The notes under the pieces: generated by a model | What the model was told of the DNA's origin: nothing | Databases searched by the model: none | The model's input: the letters and a program-made list of their open reading frames with translations, nothing else | Made by a program: the position numbers and the translations under genes | Part shown: piece by piece, positions 1 through 10,792 of the stretch | Numbering within the stretch: position 1 is the first letter of the stretch | How the letters are laid out: every line of letters begins with the position of its first letter | Assembly (NCBI GenBank): GCA_965219415.1 | Contig: CBDCNP010000001.1 | Coordinates: 96,001-160,000 of the forward strand | Direction: 5' to 3' | From: Candidatus Marinacidobacterales bacterium | GTDB lineage: Bacteria > Acidobacteriota > Vicinamibacteria > Marinacidobacterales > DATDRI01 | Length of the DNA stretch: 64,000 bases

Positions 1-350
1 CCGACACCGGCGAGAAACGCTTTTTCCAGCCCGCCGATCCAGGCGTTGGCCTGCCCTCCGTCTCCGAACGCTAGGCTGTAACCGACAGCGAACCATAGTA
101 CCGACGCGAGGCATGCAATCGCGTAACAATGGATTGACGTGGAAATTACGTTGACCGAGCGGACGAGACCAGCATAAAACAAGAGCAGCCCCGGCAACGT
201 CATCATCAGCACCAGTACGGAAGAGACGATGACCCACGCGGTGTCCCCGCTGTCCAGCCCTTCAGCTGCCAGTGATAACCGGGGGAACAGGCAAACGGCA
301 AATGTGAGAATAAAAATCCGGCAACACCATCGGCTCAATATAGCACTCAT
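1..350 (-). CDS. amtB: Ammonium transporter (Amt family), N-terminal part; runs off the window edge
   Basis: Manual translation MSAILSRW...GLDSGDTAWVIVSSVLVLMMTLPGLLLFYAGLVR matches the Amt N-terminal signature (DTAW...PGL.LFY.GLVR). AAGGAAG RBS-like site upstream. Confidence 0.85.
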   Translation of the reverse strand, partial: MSAILSRWCCRIFILTFAVCLFPRLSLAAEGLDSGDTAWVIVSSVLVLMMTLPGLLLFYAGLVRSVNVISTSIHCYAIACLASVLWFAVGYSLAFGDGGQANAWIGGLEKAFLAGV

Positions 351-1374
351 TTGACTTCCTTTTCGATGTCGTTTCCACGCTCAGCACTGGCTCCAAGAGT
401 ATCACTGGTTCCAAGGGTATCAAAAGAGGGCCACTGAAAGCAACTTTGCCGGAACCGAACGGGAAAGAGCACCGCGCGCCCACAAGGGCGTAGAAAAACG
501 GGTGCCGTTGTAAAGCGTGGGTGATATCGTGGAGTGGCTACGCGAGCGGGACGCCGTGAAGCTGGAACGGCAAAGACGCGCCGTGATGCTCCTAGTGTCG
601 GTATCCAGCCGCGACATTCGTGAGTGCGACGTGCGTCACTTCCCCAGCAAGATCCGGCCCGACACGTTTCCTCTCGAATGTCATCATCGCGATTTCGGCC
701 GCATGTCCGAGTTCGTTCCGCGATCGAATCGCAAGGTCAAGAGCCGCAGGTGATGTCTTGCCGGCTGAATCGCGCGCTGCAGAATAGACCCAGACATGCT
801 GGCTCGAGTTTATGGAAGGGACAACCCACCGGCCGCTCATCGCGGGCTCGTTGAGGCTCGTTCGCCTACGGCGTCAAAGAGTCCGTGAGTGTGGCCCCAT
901 ACTCGCCGAGTTGGGCCCACAGCGCTGCCAGGTCGATCCCAGACGTGGTCGCCAGAAGGAGAGCGATTCCGACCGCTGCCAACACCACCAGTCCGCGCCA
1001 CCTCAGCGCTACGCCGAGTACAACACCTGCCGCCACTCCCGCGAGAAACATCGCCATGGACTTGCCCACTTGAGCCGATCGCTGGCAGTCTACACTCATG
1101 GTCAGAGCCACGCCAAACTACCCGTCTGGTCAAAATACTCGAACGCCCAGCGGGTCAGCAGTTTGCAGCTTTCCAAGGACCCGTCGTGTCCAAAAACACA
1201 AACGATAGCGGCCTGTTGGTCACGCTGGAGCCAACCAGCGATGGCGACGACCAACCATGTCCAGGGCTGGCTCTGCCTCCTCATGACCGAGGATTCTAGC
1301 TTCCATTGGTCCAACCAAGCCTCAGACGTCTCTGATCCGAAACGTCCCGGCGCGCTAGTCTTGAGTTCGTTTGT

Positions 1375-1576
1375 GTTTTGGACAGGACGGGATGGAGGTG
1401 TATTCCCGTGCGCCCGAGAACGGGTTCGTGAGCTTGCCATACTGATAGTGGAATTCGGCTTGTGCGGCTGCCGCCGAGGCGGACGCCAGAACCAGGAACG
1501 CGCCCAGGACGCATCGCAGCAGGCCCGGTAGATGGGAGTGCACGGTCATGGGTTGTGCCTTCTTCACATTCGTCAT
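1375..1576 (-). pseudogene. Fragment of a secreted/outer-membrane protein (Tsx-like nucleoside channel N-terminus?)
   Basis: Signal peptide followed by AQAEFHYQYGKLTNPF, then the frame is lost. Confidence 0.3.
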
Positions 1577-1799
1577 TGTCCGAGCCTGATAATCGACGCT
1601 ATGGTGCCGGGGTGAACCCGCAACGGATCCAGTTGCAGGCAGTGCTTGGAAAGTTCATCGAACCGGTTTCGTTCACGCCTATGACTGTGTCTCCGCCTTC
1701 CTCTGATAAGCCGCCGCACTGTGCAAGGATCGGGGTGCGGTCAGAACAAATTCATGGAAGCCTTACGGGAGTTCTGGATCGGGATGAGCTGATCGAAGC

Positions 1800-2030
1800 C
1801 GCTGATCATGAAAACTTCATGGATGTGCCTCATGCATGTCGCACAGGACGAGCTTCCCCTGGGTTGCGCTGAGCTTCTTGGCCGCGATGAGAAGCACCCT
1901 CAGACCGGAACTACTGATGAAGTTCAGACGGCTGAAATCGACGATCAAGCGCTGTTCGCCTTTGCTGAGGTGATCTATGACGATGGATTCGAATGCGCGT
2001 GCGTTCGTGCTATCGAGCCGGCCGACCTGG
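1800..2030 (-). pseudogene. STAS-domain anti-sigma factor antagonist fragment fused to a radical SAM remnant
   Basis: GRLDSTNARAFE...LIVDFSRLNFISSSGLRVLL is a STAS motif; it forms the C-terminus of chimeric ORF 1817..2323. Confidence 0.75.
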
Positions 2031-3660
2031 TTCAGGCCGATGAGCTTGACTTCCAGCTCCGCCGCGGCGTCCACGATTTCCGATAGTAGATGGAGGTTTC
2101 CGGAAGTGAGGGTCGTGTTGATGGACAGTGGCAAGCCGAGCCCGCGTGCGGCGAAGACTTTTCGCAAGCCCCGAATATTGTTGGCCGTTTTGTCGAACGC
2201 CCCCTTCTGGCCACGGATCTCGTCGTGGAAGCTTTGTGGACCATCGATGGATACGCTGATGTGGCGCAGGAACCCCGACGCGACTAGCTCTGCGAGGGCT
2301 TCCGCTTTGTCGTCGCCGATCACTGTCCCGTTGGTAAGTGATGTACTTGCTGTGCAATCCCTTTTTCTGGAGCTGATGGAAGACCTCGATTAGGTTCTTG
2401 CGTACGAAAGGTTCTCCGCCTGTGATGTTGACGGATTTGACGCCTCCCTTCACGAAGATACGATCCAACTCGTCGAGGCTAAGCTCCTTGGAACGCCAAT
2501 CTTCTGGGTTCAGGATGTCGGCAACGTAGTGCCTTGGTGCACAACTCTCGATCTCGGTCCACAATTGTCCTGTACTCGCGGATACGAGGTTCCCCATGAG
2601 CATTTTCAAACGCACTCAGCGGAAGTATGTGAAGAAGGCCTATCGCGTGAGGAATTGGCGTGAATATGAGGCGGGTCTACGCAACCGCGGGAGCCTGACC
2701 GTCTGGATCTCGCTCACCGCCGGCAAGCTTGTGAACTGGGACGCGCCCCGGCCAAGGAGGAGGAAACCGGGCCGTCAACGCAAGTACTCGAACCACGCCA
2801 TCGAGACGGCTGTCACCCTGGGCATGGTGTTTCATCTGTCATCTAGGCAGAGCGAGGGATTGCTGCGGTCGTTGTTCGCTCTGATGAAGCTAGACAATGA
2901 TGTGCCCGATCACACCACGATCTCGAGGCGCAAGCCGAAGCTGGGTAAGGTCCCCTTCTACCCAGTCAAGCAGAAGACGCCGTTGCACATCTTGATCGAC
3001 AGCAGCGGTCTCGCTGTCCACGCCGGCCAGCTGCGCAGAGCACAAAAGAGCAGGGACTATCGCAAGCTCCATCTGTGTGTCGACGAGCAGAGTGGCGAAG
3101 TCGTCGCCGGCGAGCTGACGAGCAAAAGAGCCCGCGATTCATCGCGGGTTGCATCGCTTGTCGGACAGATCGACAGTCCCATCTCATCGGCCAGAGCTGA
3201 CACCGCATACGACGCCGGCGGCGTCTATGAGGCAATCGAGAATCACAGCGCTCATCGCTCGCCGAGGGTGCTGATACCGCCGCGCAAGGGCGCCCTGCTC
3301 GCATCGGGGCCGGCGAGCAGCCGACAGCGCAATCGCAACATTGCAGCACAAGCTCGGCTCGGCAAACGAAAGTGGCACACAGAATCGGGCTACAGCAAAC
3401 GGAGCAAAGTCGAGACAACGTTCCATCGCTACAAGGCTATCGTGGGCTCAGCGATGCGAGCGAGAGGGTTGGCGGCACAGAGAGGTGAGGCAAGGATCGG
3501 GTGCAAGATTCTCAACACCATGACGGCGCTCGGGATGCCTGATAGCGAGATGATCGGATGATGGGAGTCGGGGCCAAGCGAGCTCTCGGCCTCTATCGGA
3601 GTTGTGCACCAAGGCACCGTATCTGCCCCGCCAGATCCAGCTCGGGATCATGTTGCGTTT
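2030..3660 (-). pseudogene. Radical SAM protein remnant, frameshifted and split by IS5
   Basis: Motifs VNITGGEPFVR and ISVSIDG...HDEIRG lie in different frames; the reading frame continues on the far side of the IS (MIPSWIWRGRY|VADILNP). Confidence 0.75.
2529..3617 (+). mobile_element. IS5-family element; transposase 2596..3561
   Basis: Perfect 19-bp IR GTGCCTTGGTGCACAACTC at 2529-2547 and 3599-3617; CGTA duplicated at 2525-2528 and 3618-3621; NWREYEAGLRNRGSLT, IDSSG, ADTAY and YSKRSKVET motifs. Confidence 0.92.
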
Positions 3661-3676
3661 CTAGGTAGGCGAATGG

Positions 3677-4200
3677 TTATCGCTGTCGTGAAGGCTCCGA
3701 CAGCACTAGGACACTTACCACCGCCGGAGCCGGCGCTGCGACTTTGTCCTTGATTAACGAGGCAGATATTGCTGCCGCTAGATTTCCAGTGAAGGCCTGC
3801 GCCGCGCGCTCGTCAACGGGGAGCTCCAAATCGAGCAAGGAAACCTCCTTGAGCTTGGCGGCCATCAAACCTTCCGCGGCGTGTGCCGCCGTTTCCGGAG
3901 CGACGGCGTGGATCACTTCGTGGACCACCACCGAGCTCATTGCCCGGACAACCCGTTCGCGCTCGAGCCACGCGAGCTTCTTCAACCGTTCGAGCTCAGG
4001 AGTGTTGAACGCGGGGCCGCGCCGGGGCAATCCCCCGACCTTCCTCGGTTGTTTCCGTGGGTCCACGGCTCAAACGATGGTAGGGAAGAAGATCCAAATG
4101 TTCGCCAGGTTGTCTCCGGTACCGAACACGATCCCCATGGCCTGCAGGGGGAATCCCAGTTCGCCGGGCTCGGACGGTCTGAGGTGCACGGTGAACTCTC
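3677..4200 (-). pseudogene. 5'-truncated paralog of 6783..7577
   Basis: About 520 bp closely similar to 6783-7310; HEVIH motif; 5' end lost at the junction with the kinase. Confidence 0.8.
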
Positions 4201-4202
4201 TT

Positions 4203-6776
4203 TCCTACGAGATCACTTCGCTTCTCGGCGCGGGTGGGATGGGTGAGGTTTACCGGGCGAAGGATCTCGAGCTCGGACGCGAGGTAGCGATCAAAGTGCT
4301 CCGCAAGAAGCTCGCTTCGGAACCAGAGGGGTTGAAGCGCTTCGAACGAGAGGCCCGCACCGCATCCGCGCTCAACCACCCGAATATCACCACCATCTAC
4401 CACATCGGTGAACACGAGGGCACGCGCTACATCGTGATGGAGTACGTGGAGGGGAAGCCCCTTCGGGAGATGCTTCTCGAAGGACCGCTCCCCTCCAAAA
4501 CCCTGCTCGAGCTCGCCACCCAAATCGCCGAGGGCCTGGACAAGGCTCACTCCGCGAGGATCGTGCACCGGGACCTGAAGCCGGAAAACCTGATGGTGAC
4601 CGACGACGGGCTGGTGAAGATCCTGAACTTTGGGCTGGCGAAGCTGACAGGTCCACCGGTGAAGATGGATTCCGACATGGCCACAGCGACCAAGGCGGGC
4701 ACGCAGCAAGGAACGATTCTAGGAACAGTGCAATACATGTCGCCGGAACAGGCGAGCGGACGTTCCGTAGACTATCGGTCCGATCAGTTTTCGTTGGGAT
4801 TGATTTTGCATGAAATGGCGACGGACAAACCGGCGTTCAAGCGGGACACCGCGGCCGCGACGCTGGCTGCCATCATCGAAGGGAAGGCCGAACCGATGAC
4901 CGGGTTCGATCCAAAACTCCCCGAGAGTTTCCGGAGTGCGGTCGGGCGGTGCCTGATCAAGGATCCCGAAGGTCGTTACGTATCGACCACCGACTTAGTA
5001 AAGGAGCTAGAGCAGGCTCGGGCCGCATTCTCTTTCGGCGATCCGCTCTCGGCTGCGATTGCTCGCGGGGAAACACCGGCTCCGGAGCTCGTCGCCGCGG
5101 CGGGAACGTTCTCGGGTCTGTCGCCTGCGGTGGCTTGGACGTGTTTGTCCTCGGTTGTGCTCTCGCTTGCGGGAGCCCTATGGATCTCGAGTCAGTCGCG
5201 ACTGAGTCAGATTATTCCTCTTCCCAAATCCCCCGAGCTTCTCATTGCCGATGCTCGAACGATACTCGAAGACTTGGGATTCCCAACGCCGCAACGCGAC
5301 AGCACCTACGGTTTTTCCCGGCGAGTCGACTATATCGATGAACTGATGTCGACGGATCGTTCCAAGACGTGATGGGAGCTTCTAGCGCGGGGCGAGCCGA
5401 GCGTGGTTCGATTCTGGTACCGGGAAAGTCCCGAGTATCTCATACCGCACCGCATCACCGAGTTCTTTGCCGCCGAGCGCGATCCGCCTGACTCGCTCCC
5501 GGGCATGGTCAGCCTCCAGCTCGACACCTTTGGGCGGTTGCGCCAGTTGGAAGCTTTTCCTCCCGATCTCACCGACTCCGCCGGTGAGACGAAGGAGCCT
5601 GATTGGAGCGCGCTCTTCGCCGCTGCGGGGTTCGACCGGGAAGGATTCACGCCTGCCGAGCCGCTGTGGTCCCCCCCAAGGTTCGCGAGTCGCCGCGCCG
5701 CGTGGGAGGGAACGTATCCCGACGCTCCCGAGATTCCGATTCGCGTCGAGGCGGCCTCCTTCGCTGGGCGACCCATCGCCTTTCGCGTCGTCGAGCCGTG
5801 GAGTGAGCCCGCCGGCGATCGGGAAAACCCCTGGGTGCGCCCTTCGGACGTGGTGCCCAATCGGTGAGCTAGCGTCGTTCACGTGGGCTTACATTTACTC
5901 TTCATGTTTACCCTCGCGATTTTAGCGCGGCGCAATCTGAAACTGGGACGAGGGGATCGAAAGCTAGCCTTCCGGCTGGGCAGCGTCTTATTCGCCTCGG
6001 TGATGCTGCACTGGGTCTTTGGAGCGCACCATGTTCCGGAGCGCGCGCAGCTCCAGATCTTCTTCGGCGCGCTTTATCATTCCTTCTTTTCGTTCGGGTT
6101 AGCCTGGCTCTTTTATATCTCGCTCGAGCCCTACGCGAGAAAGCTCTGGCCACGGAGCATGATCTCCCGGGTTCGCCTCCTGGACGGGCGATTTGGGGAT
6201 CCATTGGTCGGACGGGATGTTCTAGTTGGCTGCGTTTGGGGGATCGGGATCGCCTTATTGAATCCCGTCCTGCGGCTAGCACCCGCCTGGCTGGGACACG
6301 GCCCACCGCCACGGCCGGACCTTCCGCGCCATCCCGCCGAGCTCATCGCCTTACGCGGTGTGAGCGAGTCCCTTTCCGAGATCTTCCTGATTTTCGTCAA
6401 TATCTCGACCCACATCCTGTTTCTCATTGTCGCGCTTCTGCTACTGCGGTTCGTCTTCCGCAAGACCTGGCTCGCGGTGAGCATTCACGGGGCGTTGTAC
6501 GTATTCATCTATTCGTCTGGCTTCGGGTTTCTGGGAATCACCCTTGTAATCTGTACATGGTATGTGGTTTTCTTCCGGTTCGGCTGGGTCCCGATCCTGG
6601 TGGGCACGTTCACAGCCGATCTCCTGCGCGGCTTTCCGCTAACAACCGACCCAACGGTGTGGCACGCGCACGCACCAATCCTCGCGATCCTCGTGTGTAT
6701 GGTGCTTGCCGTCTACGGCTTCAAGGTGTCGCTCGGGCGACGTCCTCTCTTCAAGGACTTGCTGCCGGAGGCGTGA
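4203..6776 (+). pseudogene. Ser/Thr protein kinase with C-terminal multi-TM region
   Basis: GAGGMGEV, VAIK, HRDLKPEN; DFG changed to NFG; native start missing; in-frame TGA at 5370 and 5865 (ORFs 3744, 5403 and 5883 share one frame). Confidence 0.85.
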
Positions 6777-6782
6777 GTCAAT

Positions 6783-7577
6783 CTATCGTTGCCGGGAAAG
6801 CTGGCTGGCGGTCAGCACTAGGACACTCCTCACCGTCGGGGACGACCCTGCGCCTTTGTCCTTGATGGGGGAGGACAATAATGCTGCTAGATTTCCAGTG
6901 AAGGCTTGGGCCGCGCGCTCGTCAACGGGGAGCTCGGAATCGAGCAAGGACACTTCCTTGAGCTTGGCGCTCATCAAACCTTCCGCGGCGTGTTCCGCGG
7001 TTTCCGGGACGACAGCGTGGATCACTTCGTGGACCACCACCGAGCTCATCGCCCAGGCCACCCGTTCGCGCTCGAGCCAGGCGAGCTTCTTCAACCGTTC
7101 GAGCTCAGAAGTTTCGAACGTGGGGCCGCGTCGGGTCGATCCCGCGACTTTCTGTGGTTGTTTGCGGGGATCCACGGCTCGAACGATGGTGGGGAAGAAT
7201 ACCCAAATGTTCGTCGCGTACCCTCCAGCACCGAAAACGATCCCCTTCGTCTGTTCTGGGAATCCTAGCCCGCCGGGCTCGGACGGTCTGAGGTGAACGG
7301 TGAACTCTCTCTCCTCCGGGGTCGATGCCAGCGTCGGATCGTCCTTCCACTGAATGCGAGCGCCGAGTCTCTCAAAGGAAGCCCGTACTTGGGCCTGAAG
7401 GGTCTCCGAGCCGACATCAAAGAGCCCGTAGCTATCGACCCATCGGATGGTGAGGTCGTGCGCTCGGTCCTGAGCTTCTGAAGGCGCAGCGAGAGCCAGC
7501 GTCAAAAGGACTAACCCTATCCACCTGCCGCGAAGACAAACCTCTCCTGTCATTTCGACCCCCTTCTTTTTTGCCAA
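6783..7577 (-). CDS. Secreted protein with HExxH zincin-like motif
   Basis: Signal peptide (LVLLTLALAAPSEA); VVHEVIHAVVPETAEHAAEGLM resembles the metzincin HExxH...H and Met-turn. Confidence 0.6.
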   Translation of the reverse strand: MAKKKGVEMTGEVCLRGRWIGLVLLTLALAAPSEAQDRAHDLTIRWVDSYGLFDVGSETLQAQVRASFERLGARIQWKDDPTLASTPEEREFTVHLRPSEPGGLGFPEQTKGIVFGAGGYATNIWVFFPTIVRAVDPRKQPQKVAGSTRRGPTFETSELERLKKLAWLERERVAWAMSSVVVHEVIHAVVPETAEHAAEGLMSAKLKEVSLLDSELPVDERAAQAFTGNLAALLSSPIKDKGAGSSPTVRSVLVLTASQLSRQR

Positions 7578-7771
7578 CTCGGTGTGTGAAGGCCCGGATG
7601 CTTGTTGGTTATGAAATTAGCAGGGGGGCTCTGAAGAGTCCTGACGCGCGGGTAGAGTTTTGTGACGGCTCCATGACGGGATATGACGGGGTTCCGTCAT
7701 ATTGCCTAAGTATTTGGAAAATAAGCTTGTTCGGGGAGCCAGCTTGAATCCAGGGATGCAACCTGTTACCT

Positions 7772-8731
7772 ATGTTCCCGGCCATGTTTCCAAGAGAGCT
7801 TCCGTGGGTGTGCGTATGTTTTCTGGGGGTAGCCTTCGGCTGCTCGCCCACAGTCCAAGCACCGGTTGAAGAAGCCGCGACCGAACAGGCCTCCGAGTCC
7901 CGCGACAAATCCTTCGACTCGGATGGGGTGCAGATTCGCTACACCGACCAGGGGGAGGGGGATCCGCTCATCCTCATCCACGGATTCGCCATGAGCCACA
8001 ACCGATGGGAAAAGGCGGGGATCCTCGATGCGTTCGCCGACCGGGGTTACCGGGTTCTCGCCATCGATGCGCGAGGCCATGGTCAAAGTGACAAGCCCCA
8101 CGACCCGGCGGCTTATGGTGAACAGATCTCGCTCGACATGGTGCGGCTCATCGAGCATCTGGATTTGGAGCAAGCCTATGTAGCCGGCCATTCGATGGGG
8201 GCCATCGTTACTAATAAGATACGGGCGCTGGCGCCGGAGAAGGTTCGGGCCGCGGTCTTGGGTGGTGCGGGGTGGCAGAAAAAAGGTGGGACTGCGCTTC
8301 CGGGTATTACCGCGCTCGAGCTGGCCGAGGCGCTCGAGGAAACGGGCGACTTCAAATGGATGCTCCGGGAGTTCACCAAGGATCAACGGCCGCCTACCAC
8401 GGAAGAGGAAATCGAGGGGCACAACAAGAGAATGATGGATGGCAACGACCCCTTGGCGCTGGCCGCCGTGCTGCGCGGGTGGGACGGCCTAGCCGTTACC
8501 GAGGAGAATCTTCGCGCGAACGAAGTGCCGACCCTCGCCTTGGTGGGCGGGGACGATCCGCTAAAGGAAAAAGTGGATGACCTGAACGGGGTCATGAGTA
8601 ACCTGCAGATTGTCGTGATCCCAAACGCCGATCATTTCCAATCGCTCACCGATCCGGCGTTCGTGGAGAATATAGATGCGTTCTTGGGCCAGCACCCCAT
8701 GGGGGGGAGTGAGCCAGAGACCGAGGAGTAA
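7772..8731 (+). CDS. Alpha/beta hydrolase lipoprotein
   Basis: Lipobox AFGC; LIHGF, DARGHG, GHSMG nucleophile elbow, ADH His. Confidence 0.9.
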   Translation: MFPAMFPRELPWVCVCFLGVAFGCSPTVQAPVEEAATEQASESRDKSFDSDGVQIRYTDQGEGDPLILIHGFAMSHNRWEKAGILDAFADRGYRVLAIDARGHGQSDKPHDPAAYGEQISLDMVRLIEHLDLEQAYVAGHSMGAIVTNKIRALAPEKVRAAVLGGAGWQKKGGTALPGITALELAEALEETGDFKWMLREFTKDQRPPTTEEEIEGHNKRMMDGNDPLALAAVLRGWDGLAVTEENLRANEVPTLALVGGDDPLKEKVDDLNGVMSNLQIVVIPNADHFQSLTDPAFVENIDAFLGQHPMGGSEPETEE

Positions 8732-8735
8732 ATGA

Positions 8736-9704
8736 ATGTTCACAACAAAGTCGTTTTCTCTGTTCCGAATACTCGCCGCCAGCTGGCTAGGGTTAGTGCT
8801 CGTTGGCTGCTCGTCGCCGGTCGAGGCACCGGTTGAGCCGGTTGAGGATGTTGCAACCGAACAGGCCCCCGAATCCCGAGACAAGTTCTTCGACTCCGAT
8901 GGAGTCCAGATTCACTACACCGACACGGGAGAGGGCGATCCGCTCGTTCTGATTCACGGCTTTGCTATGAACTGGAAGCGGATGGAGAGCGCGGGCGCCG
9001 TCGGCGGTCTGGCGGAGCGTGGATACAGGGTCCTCGCCATCGATGCGCGAGGCCATGGCGAGAGCGACAGACCCCAGGACCCTGCCGCCTACGGTGAGGA
9101 GATTCCGCTCGATGTGGTTCGGCTCATCGATCACCTCGGTTTCGAGCAAGCGTATGTGGTCGGCTATTCGATGGGAGCCATCGTTGCGAACAAGGTTCGA
9201 GCGCTGGCGCCTGCGAAGCTTCGCGCCGTGGTCATGGGTGGCGCAGGCTGGCAGAAGGAAGGTGGTACCGCGCTTCCGGGCATCACCTCACTCAAACTAG
9301 CGGAGAAGCTAGAGGAGACCGGCGACTTCAAATGGATGCTCGAGGAGTTCACCAAGGATCGGCAGCCGCCTGCTACCGAGGAAGAAATCGAAGAGCGAAA
9401 TCGGCGCATGATGGACGGTAACGATCCGTTGGCGCTGGCCGCCGTGCTGCGTGGATGGGACGGCTTCGCGGTGTCCGAGGAGAACCTCCGAGCGAACGAA
9501 GTCCCCGCCCTTGTCGTCGTGGGTGCGAACGATCCGCTGAAGGTCAAGGTCGACGACCTTGAGAAGGTCATGAGCAACTTGGAAGTGGTCGTGATTCCAG
9601 ACGCGGATCACGGGGCGCTCTCACATCCAGATTTTGTGAAGCACGTGGATGCTTTCCTCAGTAAGCATCCTCTGGCTTCTGAAGAGCCAGAAACGGATGA
9701 ATAA
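8736..9704 (+). CDS. Alpha/beta hydrolase lipoprotein (tandem paralog)
   Basis: Lipobox LVGC; GYSMG; colinear with the preceding gene. Confidence 0.9.
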   Translation: MFTTKSFSLFRILAASWLGLVLVGCSSPVEAPVEPVEDVATEQAPESRDKFFDSDGVQIHYTDTGEGDPLVLIHGFAMNWKRMESAGAVGGLAERGYRVLAIDARGHGESDRPQDPAAYGEEIPLDVVRLIDHLGFEQAYVVGYSMGAIVANKVRALAPAKLRAVVMGGAGWQKEGGTALPGITSLKLAEKLEETGDFKWMLEEFTKDRQPPATEEEIEERNRRMMDGNDPLALAAVLRGWDGFAVSEENLRANEVPALVVVGANDPLKVKVDDLEKVMSNLEVVVIPDADHGALSHPDFVKHVDAFLSKHPLASEEPETDE

Positions 9705-9730
9705 GGCGGCGGTTTCACCAGGAGAATGAG

Positions 9731-10702
9731 ATGAAGGCGATCATCTGCCACCAGTACGGCTCGCCGGATGTTCTCGAGCTCCAAGAAATCGACAAGCCGG
9801 TCGTCAAGGAAGATGACGTGCTGGTACGAGTTCACGCGGCGTGCGTGAATCCAGCCGACTGGCACTTTCTGAAAGGCACGCCGTACCTCGTACGGTTAAT
9901 GACGGGTGGGCTGCTCAAACCAAAACACAACATCCCGGGAATTGATATGGCCGGGCAGGTTGAGGCCGTCGGCGGAAACGTGAAGCAGTTTCAGCCAGGC
10001 GATGAAGTATTCGGCGGGGGTGGCGGGGCCTTTGCGGAGTATGCCTGCCTTTCCGAAGATGCCCTAGTCCTGAAACCGGCCAATCTGACGTTCGAGCAAG
10101 CTGCGGCCGTACCTATCGCGGCGTACACCGCCCTGCAGGGTCTTCGTGACAAAGGACAGATCAAGTCAGGGCAAAAGGTTCTGATCAACGGTGCATCGGG
10201 AGGCGTGGGCACGTTTGCGGTGCAGATTGCCAAATCGTACGGGGCCGAAGTGACGGGCGTGTGCAGCACGAGGAACGTCGACATGGTCCGATCGATAGGC
10301 GCAGACCACGTCATCGACTACACCCAAGAAGACTTCACCCAAAGTGGGCAGCGCCACGATCTGATTCTCGATGCAGTGGGGAATCGTTCGTTGTCAGACA
10401 GCAGGCGCGCATTGAAGCCCAAGGGGGTTTATGTAGCAGCCGCCGGGGGGCTGGAGGGTGATTGGCTCGGACCTCTGATTTGGATGTTCCAAATACTCCT
10501 GGCTTCGCTGACCGGGAGCCAAAAAATGGTTCTGGTGATGGCGGAACAAACCAAGAGCGACCTCCTTGTTCTGAAGGAGCTTCTCGAAGCCGGAAAAGTC
10601 ACTCCGGTCATCGATAGACGGTACAAGTTGAGCGAGGTCCCTGAGGCTCTCCGGTATCAGGGAGAAGGGCACGCCCAAGGAAAAACCGTCATCACCTTTT
10701 GA
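9731..10702 (+). CDS. NAD(P)-dependent oxidoreductase, MDR/quinone reductase-like
   Basis: MKAI...YGSPDVL, VNPADW, NGASGGVG; GGAGA RBS. Confidence 0.9.
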   Translation: MKAIICHQYGSPDVLELQEIDKPVVKEDDVLVRVHAACVNPADWHFLKGTPYLVRLMTGGLLKPKHNIPGIDMAGQVEAVGGNVKQFQPGDEVFGGGGGAFAEYACLSEDALVLKPANLTFEQAAAVPIAAYTALQGLRDKGQIKSGQKVLINGASGGVGTFAVQIAKSYGAEVTGVCSTRNVDMVRSIGADHVIDYTQEDFTQSGQRHDLILDAVGNRSLSDSRRALKPKGVYVAAAGGLEGDWLGPLIWMFQILLASLTGSQKMVLVMAEQTKSDLLVLKELLEAGKVTPVIDRRYKLSEVPEALRYQGEGHAQGKTVITF

Positions 10703-10707
10703 GGCAA

Positions 10708-10792
10708 GGGGTCAGACCCCCCGTTACTTTTGGTTACAAAATGCCCACTTTTAGATCCGACCCCAGTAATAGTGCCGGGGTCAGACCCCCGG
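10708..10792. repeat. REP-like cluster GGGGTCAGACCCC / GATCCGACCCC
   Basis: Palindromes at 10708-10720 and 10777-10789 with a degenerate copy at 10754, between convergent genes; related copy at 60121-60185. Confidence 0.7.

Noticed and set aside
490-512. Sigma54 promoter upstream of amtB
   Set aside because: CGGCAC is present but the -12 GC is missing.
500-1370. Short overlapping ORFs between amtB and the Tsx-like fragment
   Set aside because: No recognisable motifs; likely decayed gene debris that I cannot assign.
5370-5867. Two in-frame TGA codons in the kinase as selenocysteine or readthrough
   Set aside because: The gene also has DFG changed to NFG and has lost its start; TGA is a normal stop in neighbouring genes; simple nonsense mutations suffice.
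7612-7642. GAAATTAGC...TGAAGAGTC as another cassette promoter copy
   Set aside because: The -35 box is degenerate, the spacer is shorter and dissimilar, and there is no arm or att module; probably an ordinary promoter.
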